Assembly: GCA_016705065.1 (NCBI GenBank)
Contig: JADIYY010000002.1
Coordinates: 149,545 to 213,544 of the forward strand
DNA from: Candidatus Aalborgiella aggregata
GTDB lineage: Bacteria > Pseudomonadota > Gammaproteobacteria > Burkholderiales > Burkholderiaceae_C
Reading direction: 5' to 3'
Length of the DNA stretch: 64,000 bases
Part shown: positions 10,157-24,250 of the stretch, one piece after another
Position numbering within the stretch: position 1 is the stretch's first letter
How the letters are laid out: the number at the start of each line of letters is the position of its first letter
Notes under the pieces: model-generated
Databases searched by the model: none
What the model saw: only the letters and a program-made list of their open reading frames with translations
Told to the model about the DNA's origin: nothing
Translations under genes and position numbers: made by a program

Positions 10157-10894
10157 ATGAAGCCAAACGAATTGTTAAGTCTCGCCAAATTCAACAAAAA
10201 CGCTATACAAAAAATAGTATTCTTGGCAGTATTCATGCCGGCTACAATCACTTTTTGCCATGCTGCGAGCTTGACGGTGAATGTGACGGACAAAGATGGC
10301 AAGGCGACGCCCGATGCGGTGGTGATGATCAGCACCAGCAGCGTATCGTCACCCAAAAACCCACTGCCCAAAGCTGCCACCATTGCACAAACCAATATGC
10401 AGTTTTTGCCTGCAGTGACGGTGGTGCAGCCGGGCAGCAAAATCACCTTCACCAACAACGACCCTTGGGACCACCATGTGCGCGGCTCAGCTGCGGGTGC
10501 GGCACAGTTTGGTAAGAACGATGAAAACGGCTTTGCATTGCGACTGGCGGGTAAATCAGTGTTCGGTGCTGCCAAATCCAGTGTGGTGAACATGGACAAA
10601 CCTGGCGTGGTGCTATTGGGGTGTCACATCCATGGCTCTATGGTGGGGCATGTGGTGGTGAGCGACACGCCTTGGGCTGTTAAAACCGATGCCAATGGCA
10701 ATGCGGTGTTTGCCGATTTGCCAGATGGCGCTGCCACCGTCAAAGTGTGGCATGCTGCGCAATACATCGATTTGAAACCTGTACCAACCACACTGGGCGC
10801 AACGCCTGGCCAAATCAAAATGCAATTGACGGTGACACCACCGCCACGTCGTGCGCCGGCCAAACCGTCTGAATACGATAAATCAGTCGGGTAA
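10157..10894 (+). CDS. Secreted cupredoxin-like protein (often annotated 'methylamine utilization protein')
   Basis: Has a signal peptide. C-terminal motif GCHIHGSMVGHVVV has amicyanin-like C-x2-H-x2-M spacing, and there is an upstream His pair (DPWDHHV). Confidence 0.6.
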   Translation: MKPNELLSLAKFNKNAIQKIVFLAVFMPATITFCHAASLTVNVTDKDGKATPDAVVMISTSSVSSPKNPLPKAATIAQTNMQFLPAVTVVQPGSKITFTNNDPWDHHVRGSAAGAAQFGKNDENGFALRLAGKSVFGAAKSSVVNMDKPGVVLLGCHIHGSMVGHVVVSDTPWAVKTDANGNAVFADLPDGAATVKVWHAAQYIDLKPVPTTLGATPGQIKMQLTVTPPPRRAPAKPSEYDKSVG

Positions 10895-10958
10895 AAACCG
10901 TTTCCCAACTCCTTGAATTGTCTCAATGCAAATCAAGTCTCAATGTGCGGTGCGATAA

Positions 10959-11798
10959 TTGCACCCCATGAGTACGAATAAAAATATCACCATTAAAAGC
11001 GAACAAGATATTGCCGCCATGCGCATAGCAGGCAGGCTCACGTCTGAAGTATTGGATTACCTTGTCCCTTTCATCAAACCCGGCATCACCACCAATGAAA
11101 TCGACAAGCTGGCGCACGACTACATGGTCAATGTGCAAAACGCCATTCCCGCACCCTTGAACTACACCGCTGGTGGTGATGTGCCCTACCCCAAGTCAAT
11201 CTGCACATCGGTCAACCACCAAGTGTGCCACGGTATACCCAGTGACAAAGTACTGAAGAATGGTGACATTGTGAATGTGGATGTCACTGTTATCAAAGAT
11301 GGTTGGCATGGCGATAGCAGCCGCATGTTTTTGGTGGGTGAATGCTCTATCGCCGCCAAGCGTTTGTGCCAGATCACCTATGAAGCCATGTGGAAAGGCA
11401 TACAACAAGTGAAACCAGGCGCGCGTTTGGGTGACATAGGTGCAGCGATACAAAAATTTGCCGAAGGGCACAGCTACAGCGTGGTGCGCGAATTTTGCGG
11501 GCATGGTATAGGACAAGGTTTTCATGAAGAGCCGCAAGTGCTGCATTACGGCAAAGCTGGCACTGGCTTGGAATTGCAAGCGGGCATGGTGTTCACGATT
11601 GAGCCCATGATCAACGCGGGTAAAAAAGACATCAAAGAAGGCTCTGAAAAAGACGGCTGGTCCATCGTCACCAAAGACCGATCTCTCTCAGCGCAATGGG
11701 AACACACCATTGTGGTGACCCCTACTGGCTATGAAGTGTTAACCGTCTCAAACGGCACACCCGCTGTGCCTGCGTTTATTGGCATCCGCGCCGTCTAA
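10959..11798 (+). CDS. map: type I methionine aminopeptidase
   Basis: Metal-ligand context VCHGIP, DVTV..GWHGD, HGIG and EPM. The start may instead be the ATG at 10968. Confidence 0.95.
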   Translation: MHPMSTNKNITIKSEQDIAAMRIAGRLTSEVLDYLVPFIKPGITTNEIDKLAHDYMVNVQNAIPAPLNYTAGGDVPYPKSICTSVNHQVCHGIPSDKVLKNGDIVNVDVTVIKDGWHGDSSRMFLVGECSIAAKRLCQITYEAMWKGIQQVKPGARLGDIGAAIQKFAEGHSYSVVREFCGHGIGQGFHEEPQVLHYGKAGTGLELQAGMVFTIEPMINAGKKDIKEGSEKDGWSIVTKDRSLSAQWEHTIVVTPTGYEVLTVSNGTPAVPAFIGIRAV

Positions 11799-11813
11799 AA
11801 TCGTTACAATATA

Positions 11814-11880
11814 TGCTATATTATTAATAGCAAATTATGCAACAAATACGCCGGCTAGATGCCAATTTACTCACTAACTA
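11814..11880 (+). repeat. Dispersed hairpin repeat, copy B (map-glnD spacer, overlapping the glnD start)
   Basis: tgctatattattaatagcaaattatgcaacaaatacgccggctagatgcc. The glnD ATG (11837) lies inside it. Confidence 0.8.
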
Positions 11881-14431
11881 TCGGGATAAAAAGCAAATTA
11901 TCGGCAAACCTTTGCTGGTCAATTCCGCTTCCAGCCGTGGTGTAGCTGCGAATTTGCGCAAGCTGTCAAATCTGGCAGACGAAACACTGAAAACCTTGTG
12001 GCGCAGAGCCAATATGCCTGCAGATTTTGCTTTGCTGGCTGTGGGCGGTTTTGGTCGTGCGCAGCTATTCCCCCATTCAGACATTGATGTGCTCTTGCTA
12101 TTGCCCGACCACGCCAAACCGGAAACCGATGCGCTGCTGACACAAAAAATTGAATCGTTCATCAGCAGCTGCTGGGACAGTGGTTTAGAAATTGGTTCGT
12201 CAGTGCGCAATGTGGCCGACTGCGTGGCGCAAGCGGCAGGTGATGTGACGGTGCAAACCAGTTTATTGGAATCGCGCCTGATAGTCGGCAACAAAGGGCT
12301 TTATGCCACGTTTTTAGACGCTTTCAGAGACAACTTAGACCCTAAGGCATTCTTCGTGGCCAAAACCTTAGAAATGCGGCAACGGCATCAAAAGTTTGAA
12401 AACACACCCTACTCGCTGGAACCCAATTGCAAAGAATCACCCGGTGGTTTGCGCGATTTGCAAATCATATTGTGGGTGGCCAACGCAGCGAACTTGGGTA
12501 AAAACTGGGACGACTTGGCAAAAAATGGCTTGGCCACGCCGTTTGAAGTCAAGCAAATCAAAAGCAACGAAGCCACACTGAATTTAATACGTGCCCGCTT
12601 GCACAGCTTGGCACAAAGGCGCGAAGATCGTTTGGTTTTCGATCTACAAACAGTTGTCGCAGAATCATTCAATTACAAAAACGACAGCTCCAAATCCAAC
12701 AGCAGAGCCAGCGAACAACTGATGCGCCGCTACTACTGGGCTGCTAAAGCGGTGACGCAATTGAACCAGATTTTGCTGCTGAACATTGAAGCGCGCTTGA
12801 ATCCCAACACGCAAGATGTTCGCCCTATCAACGATTACTTTGGTGAAAAAGCAGGCATGTTGGAAGTGCTGCGCGACGATGTGTACACCCAGCACCCGCA
12901 TGCCATTTTGCAAACGTTTTTGCTGTACCAAACCACGCTGGGCATCAAGGGTCTATCCGCCCGCACCTTGCGCGCTTTGTACAACACACGCGAGGTGATG
13001 AACACCGCGTTTCGCAAAGACCCGGTGAACCGCGCCACCTTCATGGCGATTTTGCAGCAGCCTGAGGGTTTGACCCACGCCATGCGGCTGATGAACCAAA
13101 CATCGGTGCTGGGGCGCTATTTGTGGGTGTTTCGCAAAATTGTGGGGCAGATGCAGCATGATTTGTTCCACGTTTACACCGTTGACCAACACATCTTGAT
13201 GGTGCTGCGCAATATGCGGCGCTTTTTTATTCCTGAGCACGCGCATGAATACCCGCTGTGTTCGCAATTGGCTGCAGGTTGGGACAAGCCTTGGATTTTG
13301 TACACCGCTGCGCTGTTTCACGATATTGCCAAAGGCCGCGGTGGCGACCATTCGGCCTTGGGGCGCTTGGAAGTGCGTACCTTTTGCAAGCAGCATGGCA
13401 TTGACAAAATAGACACCAAGCTGATTGAGTTTTTGGTGGCTGAACATTTAACCATGAGCCAAATAGCGCAAAAACAAGACATGAGCGACCCCGATGTGGT
13501 CAACACATTTGCCAAGCGTGTGGGCAACGAACGTTATTTGACGGCTTTGTATCTGCTGACCGTGGCAGATATACGCGGCACATCACCCAAAGTATGGAAT
13601 GCATGGAAAGGCCGGCTCTTTGAAGATGCCTACAAAAGCACACTCAAAGCACTGGGTGGCCGCACGCCCGATGTGGACGCCCAAGTGCAAAGCCGCAAAG
13701 ACGATGCATTGGTGAATTTAGCCTTGCACGCCCAGCCTTTTGAAAGCCATAAAGTGCTGTGGGACACCTTGGATGTGAGCTACTTTATGCGCCACGATGC
13801 AGACACCATTGCGTGGCACACGCGTCAATTGTCGCGCCATGTTGGACAGAGCAAACCCGTGGTACGCGCCCGCACATCGCCCGTGGGTGAAGGCTTGCAG
13901 GTTGTGGTGTACACACCTGACCAAACTGATTTGTTTGCGCGCATTTGCGGATATTTTGACCAAGCCGGATTCAGCATTTTGGATGCCAAAGTGCACACCA
14001 CCAACGATGGCTGTGCGATAGACACCTTCCAAGTCGTCACTGCAAGTTTGCCAGAGCATTACCAAGAGTTGTCCAGCATGCTGGAGTTTGATTTGGCCCA
14101 CACCATTGAAGCGCAAGACACACTGCCTACACCTTCACGTGGCCGTGTTTCACGCCGTGTTAAAAGCTTTCCCATCACACCCAGGGTTGAACTCACCCCC
14201 GACGAAAAAGCCCAGCGCTGGCTGCTCAACATCTCCGCCAGCGACCGCACAGGTTTGTTGTACCGCATCGCATTGGTGTTGGCACGCTACAAGCTCGATT
14301 TGCAACTCGCCAAAATCACCACATTGGGCGAACGCGTTGAAGACACCTTCCTCATCACAGGCGCATCGCTGCAGCAAAACAAAGCGCAGATTGAGATTGA
14401 GACAGCGTTATTAGAAGCGATTGCGGATTAA
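11837..14431 (+). CDS. glnD: [protein-PII] uridylyltransferase / uridylyl-removing enzyme
   Basis: 864 aa. Nucleotidyltransferase motif GGFGRAQLFPHSDIDVLLL, an HD domain (LFHDIAKGRGGDH) and two C-terminal ACT-like regions. The start codon is uncertain because it lies within the repeat. Confidence 0.93.
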   Translation: MQQIRRLDANLLTNYRDKKQIIGKPLLVNSASSRGVAANLRKLSNLADETLKTLWRRANMPADFALLAVGGFGRAQLFPHSDIDVLLLLPDHAKPETDALLTQKIESFISSCWDSGLEIGSSVRNVADCVAQAAGDVTVQTSLLESRLIVGNKGLYATFLDAFRDNLDPKAFFVAKTLEMRQRHQKFENTPYSLEPNCKESPGGLRDLQIILWVANAANLGKNWDDLAKNGLATPFEVKQIKSNEATLNLIRARLHSLAQRREDRLVFDLQTVVAESFNYKNDSSKSNSRASEQLMRRYYWAAKAVTQLNQILLLNIEARLNPNTQDVRPINDYFGEKAGMLEVLRDDVYTQHPHAILQTFLLYQTTLGIKGLSARTLRALYNTREVMNTAFRKDPVNRATFMAILQQPEGLTHAMRLMNQTSVLGRYLWVFRKIVGQMQHDLFHVYTVDQHILMVLRNMRRFFIPEHAHEYPLCSQLAAGWDKPWILYTAALFHDIAKGRGGDHSALGRLEVRTFCKQHGIDKIDTKLIEFLVAEHLTMSQIAQKQDMSDPDVVNTFAKRVGNERYLTALYLLTVADIRGTSPKVWNAWKGRLFEDAYKSTLKALGGRTPDVDAQVQSRKDDALVNLALHAQPFESHKVLWDTLDVSYFMRHDADTIAWHTRQLSRHVGQSKPVVRARTSPVGEGLQVVVYTPDQTDLFARICGYFDQAGFSILDAKVHTTNDGCAIDTFQVVTASLPEHYQELSSMLEFDLAHTIEAQDTLPTPSRGRVSRRVKSFPITPRVELTPDEKAQRWLLNISASDRTGLLYRIALVLARYKLDLQLAKITTLGERVEDTFLITGASLQQNKAQIEIETALLEAIAD

Positions 14432-14451
14432 ATACCGAATCTGATTGTGGT

Positions 14452-15203
<752 letters not shown>

Positions 15204-15229
15204 ACTTGATGTGCATACAAAGCAATAGC

Positions 15230-17925
<2,696 letters not shown>

Positions 17926-17962
17926 TTATCTATCAGCTTGAAAATTAGTTAGACTTCAATGA

Positions 17963-18394
17963 ATGCAAAATTCAATCCAAATTATTTTATACAACGACTC
18001 TCAGCACAGAGACAAAACCATCCATCTTTGGAAGCAGGTCTTTGCTTACGACACTGCACACAATGAACCCCATTTGGTCTTGGATAGAAAACTTGCCCTT
18101 CAAGATGATCTTCTATTTTTGGCCGTTGACGGGGAAGCAGTGCTTGGCACCATCATGGCGGGCTACGACGGACATCGTGGTTGGTTGTATTCGGTAGCTG
18201 TTTATCACCTGCATCGTAATCAAGGCATTGGCTCAAAATTGGTTAAATATGCAGAGAATCAACTGGTCAAGCTTGGTTGCTTGAAAATCAATTTGCAAAT
18301 TATGGAAGGCAATGAATCGGTTGCCGCCTTCTACGAAACATTGGGGTACTGCATTGAAAAGCGCGTCAGCATGGGTAAGCGCGTAATCATCTGA
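17963..18394 (+). CDS. GNAT family N-acetyltransferase (YpeA-like)
   Basis: 143 aa with acetyl-CoA motif RNQGIGSKLVKYAE. Confidence 0.8.
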   Translation: MQNSIQIILYNDSQHRDKTIHLWKQVFAYDTAHNEPHLVLDRKLALQDDLLFLAVDGEAVLGTIMAGYDGHRGWLYSVAVYHLHRNQGIGSKLVKYAENQLVKLGCLKINLQIMEGNESVAAFYETLGYCIEKRVSMGKRVII

Positions 18395-18424
18395 CAGTAC
18401 AGTAGAGATAGCGCGCTCTTAAGC

Positions 18425-18492
18425 AAAAATATATGGAAAATTTGGCTGTAGCCATTGTTTTGATTGCCTATGCCGCTATTATATTCATAGCA
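18425..18492 (-). repeat. Dispersed hairpin repeat, copy I (reverse orientation, convergent GNAT/zipA spacer)
   Basis: The reverse complement reads tgctatgaatataatagcggcataggcaatcaaaacaatggctacagccaaattttccatatattttt. Confidence 0.85.
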
Positions 18493-18525
18493 ATTAAGAT
18501 ATTTATAAAAGTACCACAGTCACAT

Positions 18526-19632
18526 TTAAGAAAACAAGCGGCGCGCAAGAACGGATCCTGCACTCAGATCGCGTTGGTCTAAGGTGGCGTAAAGCTGATT
18601 CAAATCGGCTGCGATGCGATCTAGCGCGGCTTCTGATACTTGGTTGCCTTGGTCATCGCAAATCACACCTTCCATGCGGTCAGCCAATGTTCTGGCGCAT
18701 TCGCGCATGCGCGCGAATGCATGCTCTTCTTGTGCGACATGGGTTACATCCAAACTCAAGGAGACTTCACCAATGGCAGTCGGTGGCCCTTCTTCGTCAG
18801 ACATAGCCGCTTGCGAATCAAAGGACAAGGACAAGATGGGTGCTTGATTGGGTTCTTGATCAGGCAACACCATGCGGCCTGGTAATGCACCAGCCACAAA
18901 GCCCAAACGCGCGGCTTGTTGAGATACATAACCAGTGCTCCATGCAGCACCCACTGCATAAATAGTGAAACGCAAATGCGCATCATGGTTGCTGGCAAAA
19001 ATGTCTAGCTCACGCGCACGTGCTACTTCGTCGCGCATTTCGGGGAAGGTTGGTGTACCGCCCACTTGATCTGCAAACGCTTGTACCTTGATGACAAATT
19101 CAGAGTATTCAATTTCATTCAAAGCGCCGGTGCGGTTAGCCAGCTGCACGCCCGCTTGCAATGCGCTGTACCTTTCGCCAATTTGCGGCACTTCCCATTG
19201 TTCTGTGACTTCACGCAGTCCTTCGATTGCAAAAGGTTTACTGCCAACGCGCCTGGTTGCGGGCAGCGCCGCTAAAACAGCATCGCCAGAAACCGTTTCG
19301 TCCAAAGCAATGGGGGTAATGACATCAATTAAAGGATCCAGACTGGCTTTTTTGTCATTGCTTTGTGCGAATTCAAACGGTACTGGCAAGTCATTGTGAA
19401 ATGCATCCGGATCAAAGCTTGGCTCGATATGCCGCTCATCACCGTCAATCGCGATATCTTTCAAAACGGGCAAGTTGTCACGGCTTGATGTCATGGCGTC
19501 AGGGATTGCGTTTAAATCTTCAGGATCAGCCATTTTGGGTGTCGCTTTACGTGCCGTCCATGCGCCGTGTGCCACGACGCCTGCCAAAACCACACCGCCT
19601 GCGATGCTCAATGCAATCAATAAACTGTTCAT
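18526..19632 (-). CDS. zipA: cell division protein ZipA (betaproteobacterial type)
   Basis: N-terminal single TM segment (MNSLLIALSIAGGVVLAGVVAHGAW), an acidic or unstructured linker and a C-terminal globular domain. It holds the conserved position between smc and ligA. Confidence 0.75.
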   Translation of the reverse strand: MNSLLIALSIAGGVVLAGVVAHGAWTARKATPKMADPEDLNAIPDAMTSSRDNLPVLKDIAIDGDERHIEPSFDPDAFHNDLPVPFEFAQSNDKKASLDPLIDVITPIALDETVSGDAVLAALPATRRVGSKPFAIEGLREVTEQWEVPQIGERYSALQAGVQLANRTGALNEIEYSEFVIKVQAFADQVGGTPTFPEMRDEVARARELDIFASNHDAHLRFTIYAVGAAWSTGYVSQQAARLGFVAGALPGRMVLPDQEPNQAPILSLSFDSQAAMSDEEGPPTAIGEVSLSLDVTHVAQEEHAFARMRECARTLADRMEGVICDDQGNQVSEAALDRIAADLNQLYATLDQRDLSAGSVLARRLFS

Positions 19633-19676
19633 ATATTCAATACATTATCTGCAAAGATACCAGCACCCATGCGCTT

Positions 19677-22600
19677 TTAAGCCAATTCTGCCAAAGTTAC
19701 AGCGGCTTCCATGTCAACTGCCACAATGCGCGATACACCTTGCTCTTGCATGGTCACGCCAATCAACTGTTCTGCCATTTCCATGGCAATTTTGTTGTGG
19801 CTGATGAACAGAAACTGGGTTTCTTTGCTCATGGATTTGACCAGTTTGGAATATCGTTCGGTGTTCGCATCATCCAGCGGCGCGTCAACCTCGTCAAGCA
19901 AACAAAATGGTGCTGGATTGAGTTGGAAAATCGCAAACACCAAGGCGATAGCCGTGAGCGCTTTTTCACCTCCTGACAACAAATGGATGGTTTGATTTTT
20001 CTTGCCTGGCGGCTGCGCGACAACTTGCACACCTGAATCCAAAATTTCATCACCGGTAATGACCAATTTGGCATTACCCCCTCCGAACAACTCGGGAAAC
20101 ATTTTGCCAAAATGCTGGTTCACGGTGTTGAATGTGCCCGACAGCAAATCGCGGGTTTCAGAATCTATTTTCTTGATCGCATCTTCAAGTGTGCTAATCG
20201 CCTCTTGCAGGTCTGCCGTTTGTGCATCTAAGAATTGCTTGCGCTCGCGTGCCGCAGTCAGCTCTTCCAATGCCGCCAGATTGACCGCACCCAATGCCGC
20301 CACTTCGCGGTTGAAGCGATCAATGTCGGATTGCAAACCACTCAAGCGCACATTGCCCTCAGTGATAGAGGCAGCTACAGCCGACATATCGGCTTGTGCA
20401 TCCAACAGCAACTGCGTGTATTGCTCTAAACCCAATCGCGCAGCCTGCTCTTTCAGTGCAAACTCAGTGAGGCGTTGCCGCATCGGCTCTAAGTCCCGCT
20501 CTAGTTGCAAACGGCGCTCGTCGGTGGCGCGTAGCTTGGTGGTGAGGTCGTCATACTGGCTGCGGGTAGCAGCCAAGCTGGTTTCGCGCTCTAATTTGGT
20601 CGCTAACGCAGTTTGCAAACCTGTTTGGGCCGCCACTGAACTCAATCGGCTCAATTCATCCGTGGCGATTTGTTCTTCGTTCGCCAGCGTCAATGCTTGT
20701 TGTTCGGCGGTGGCAATGCCACGCTGCAACTCTTCCAGTCTGGCCAGCAATGTGCGTTTGGCAAACGTAGCTTCTTGCGCTGCGCGTTCCAAATTGCGCT
20801 GCGTTTCGCGGCATTGGGTCAATTTGGCCTCTGCAGCAATCACGTGGTCACCCAATTGGGCGTGCCGTTCTTGCGTATCAGCCAGTTGCATGTCCAGCGC
20901 TTCAAACGAGGATTCAGCCTTCACGCGACGTGCTTGCAAACTATCAAGCTGAGTTTTAATTTCTACAATGTCTGCGCTGATTTGGTCGTTGCGCGTGCGG
21001 GTTTGTTCGGCTTGTTGATTCAAGCGCAACACATCAACTTGCAGCGCATGGTTGCGTGTTTGCCCTTCAGCCACTTCGCGGCGCATGGCATTCAAACGGT
21101 TGTTGGCTTCGCTGTAGACGGCTTCTGCGCGGACTGAGGCAGATCGGGCTTCTTCCACTATCAAAATTTGGGCGCGCAGTTGTTTATCTAAACTTTCAAT
21201 TTCTTGCGCACGCGCCAGCATACCCGCTTGTTCAGAATCAGCTGCATAAAAACTGACGCTGTAAGCCGACACCGCGTGACCCGTTTTCACGTAAATCACC
21301 TCACCCGCATTGAGCTTGGAACGATTGGCTAAGGCTTCATCAAAACTGGCAGCGGTATAGCAGCCTTGCAACCAATCAGTAAACAATGCTTTTTGTCCTG
21401 CATCGTTCAAACGCATCAAGTCAGCCAATTTGGGTAAAGCTGTAGAAGCTGCCGGCAAGCCCGCTTGTGGTGTGGTGTAAAAAGCCAATTTGGCTGGTGG
21501 CGCATCAGTGCCTGTAGCGCCCAAGAAGCCACGCACCATGTCCAAACGCGAAATTTCAATCGCGTTCAAACGTTCACGTAAAGCGCCTTCTAAGGCATTT
21601 TCCCAACCTTTTTCAATGTGAATTTTGCTCCACAAGCCAGCCAGATTGTCGAGGCCATGTTTGTTGAGCCAAGGCTTCAGTTTGCCATCGGTCTTGACTT
21701 TGTCTTGCAAAGTTTTGAGGGCATCCAACCGTGCCGATAATTCGGCGTGCTTTCGTGATTCGGTATTCACAAACTGCTGTTGCGTGCGCCGTGTTTCGTC
21801 CAATTGGGGCAAGCTCTCTATTGCTTCGTGCAAGCGCGCTTCGATGTCCTTTTGTGCGCTTTGCGCTGTGGCCAGCTGGCTCTGCAAATTCAACAATCGT
21901 TGCTCATCTGGAGCGGACAAGGCATTTTGATCCGTTGTCAAACGCTCCAAACGGGTGTTGAACTGACGCGATTGGTCTTCAATATTGCGCTGATCTGCTG
22001 CCAAGAGCTGAATTTGTTGCTGCACTTGGTTCACGCTATTACGCTGATCGTTCGCCTTGGTTTGCGCTTGGCGCCAAGCTTCCTCTAGTGCAGGTAGTTG
22101 ACTGACTTGTTCTTGCACTTGTGTACTGAGCAAGCTTTCTTTTTCATTCGCCAGAACACCCTCAGTCGACAAGCGTTGGCTTTCTTGCAAGGCACTGGCT
22201 TTGCGATCCGCCCATTCGACAGACTGTGCTTTCAAAGCCGTGATGCGCTGTTCGACCCGAGTTCGACCTTCAACAACGAAGCGAATTTCAGCTTCTAATC
22301 GACCCACTTCACTGCTTGCTTCATACAAGCGGCCTTGCGATTGGTTCACCTGATCGCCCGCAGCATAATGCGCTTGCCGTATGGTTTCCAAATCGGCTTC
22401 AATGTGGCGCAAATCAGCCACGCGGCTTTCCAACAAATTGCTGGCTTGCACGCTTTCGGCTTTGATTTTGGTTTGTTCGGCTTCGCTTTCAGCGCGTTTC
22501 AAAAACCAAAGCTGGTGCTGCTTGAGCGTCACATCCGCTTGCAGTTTGTTGTACTTTTGCGCCACCTCAGCTTGCTTTTCCAGCTTGTCCAGATTGGCAT

Positions 22601-23204
22601 TCAACTCACGCAAAATATCATCGACGCGGGTCAAATTCTCACGGGTATCGGACAGACGATTTTCGGTTTCACGGCGTCGTTCTTTGTACTTGGAAACACC
22701 AGCCGCCTCTTCCAAAAACAAGCGCAATTCTTCCGGTTTGGATTCGATGATGCGGCTGATGGTGCCTTGGCCAATGATGGCATAGGCGCGTGGGCCCAAA
22801 CCCGTACCCAAAAACACGTCTTGCACGTCACGGCGGCGCACTGCCTGGTTGTTGATGTAGTAACTGGAGTTGCCATCGCGTGTCAACACACGTTTCACAG
22901 CAATTTCGGGAAATTGGCTCCACTGACCACCTGCGCGGTGGTCGTTGTTCTCAAAAACCAGTTCTACGCTGGATCGGCTTGAAGGTTTGCGTGAGGTCGT
23001 ACCATTGAAAATGACGTCCTGCATGGATTCACCACGCAGTTCAGACGCACGACTTTCGCCCAGCACCCAACGTACGGCATCCATGATGTTGGATTTGCCA
23101 CAACCGTTGGGGCCGACCACACCGACCAATTGGCCAGGCAAGTGAAATGTCGTGGGTTCAGCAAATGATTTGAACCCTGAAAGTTTGATAGATGAAAGGC
23201 GCAC
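19677..23204 (-). CDS. smc: chromosome segregation protein SMC
   Basis: 1175 aa. N-terminal Walker A GPNGCGKSN, long coiled coils, a hinge, C-terminal LSGGEKALTA and Walker B LLDEVDAPLD. Start codon is GTG. Confidence 0.96.
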   Translation of the reverse strand: MRLSSIKLSGFKSFAEPTTFHLPGQLVGVVGPNGCGKSNIMDAVRWVLGESRASELRGESMQDVIFNGTTSRKPSSRSSVELVFENNDHRAGGQWSQFPEIAVKRVLTRDGNSSYYINNQAVRRRDVQDVFLGTGLGPRAYAIIGQGTISRIIESKPEELRLFLEEAAGVSKYKERRRETENRLSDTRENLTRVDDILRELNANLDKLEKQAEVAQKYNKLQADVTLKQHQLWFLKRAESEAEQTKIKAESVQASNLLESRVADLRHIEADLETIRQAHYAAGDQVNQSQGRLYEASSEVGRLEAEIRFVVEGRTRVEQRITALKAQSVEWADRKASALQESQRLSTEGVLANEKESLLSTQVQEQVSQLPALEEAWRQAQTKANDQRNSVNQVQQQIQLLAADQRNIEDQSRQFNTRLERLTTDQNALSAPDEQRLLNLQSQLATAQSAQKDIEARLHEAIESLPQLDETRRTQQQFVNTESRKHAELSARLDALKTLQDKVKTDGKLKPWLNKHGLDNLAGLWSKIHIEKGWENALEGALRERLNAIEISRLDMVRGFLGATGTDAPPAKLAFYTTPQAGLPAASTALPKLADLMRLNDAGQKALFTDWLQGCYTAASFDEALANRSKLNAGEVIYVKTGHAVSAYSVSFYAADSEQAGMLARAQEIESLDKQLRAQILIVEEARSASVRAEAVYSEANNRLNAMRREVAEGQTRNHALQVDVLRLNQQAEQTRTRNDQISADIVEIKTQLDSLQARRVKAESSFEALDMQLADTQERHAQLGDHVIAAEAKLTQCRETQRNLERAAQEATFAKRTLLARLEELQRGIATAEQQALTLANEEQIATDELSRLSSVAAQTGLQTALATKLERETSLAATRSQYDDLTTKLRATDERRLQLERDLEPMRQRLTEFALKEQAARLGLEQYTQLLLDAQADMSAVAASITEGNVRLSGLQSDIDRFNREVAALGAVNLAALEELTAARERKQFLDAQTADLQEAISTLEDAIKKIDSETRDLLSGTFNTVNQHFGKMFPELFGGGNAKLVITGDEILDSGVQVVAQPPGKKNQTIHLLSGGEKALTAIALVFAIFQLNPAPFCLLDEVDAPLDDANTERYSKLVKSMSKETQFLFISHNKIAMEMAEQLIGVTMQEQGVSRIVAVDMEAAVTLAELA

Positions 23205-23261
23205 TGAATTCCCTGTAATTTAGGGCTTGATTTTACCTGAGTGCGCAGCTTGGTGCAAAGG

Positions 23262-24246
<985 letters not shown>

Positions 24247-24250
24247 CCTT

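Noticed and set aside
19711-23164. Numerous 60-316 aa ORFs antisense to or out of frame within smc, with similar ones inside ligA, ppc, pat, acs and glnD.
   Set aside because: These are shadow ORFs inside long, well-supported genes. They have low-complexity or Cys/Arg-rich compositions and no independent signals.
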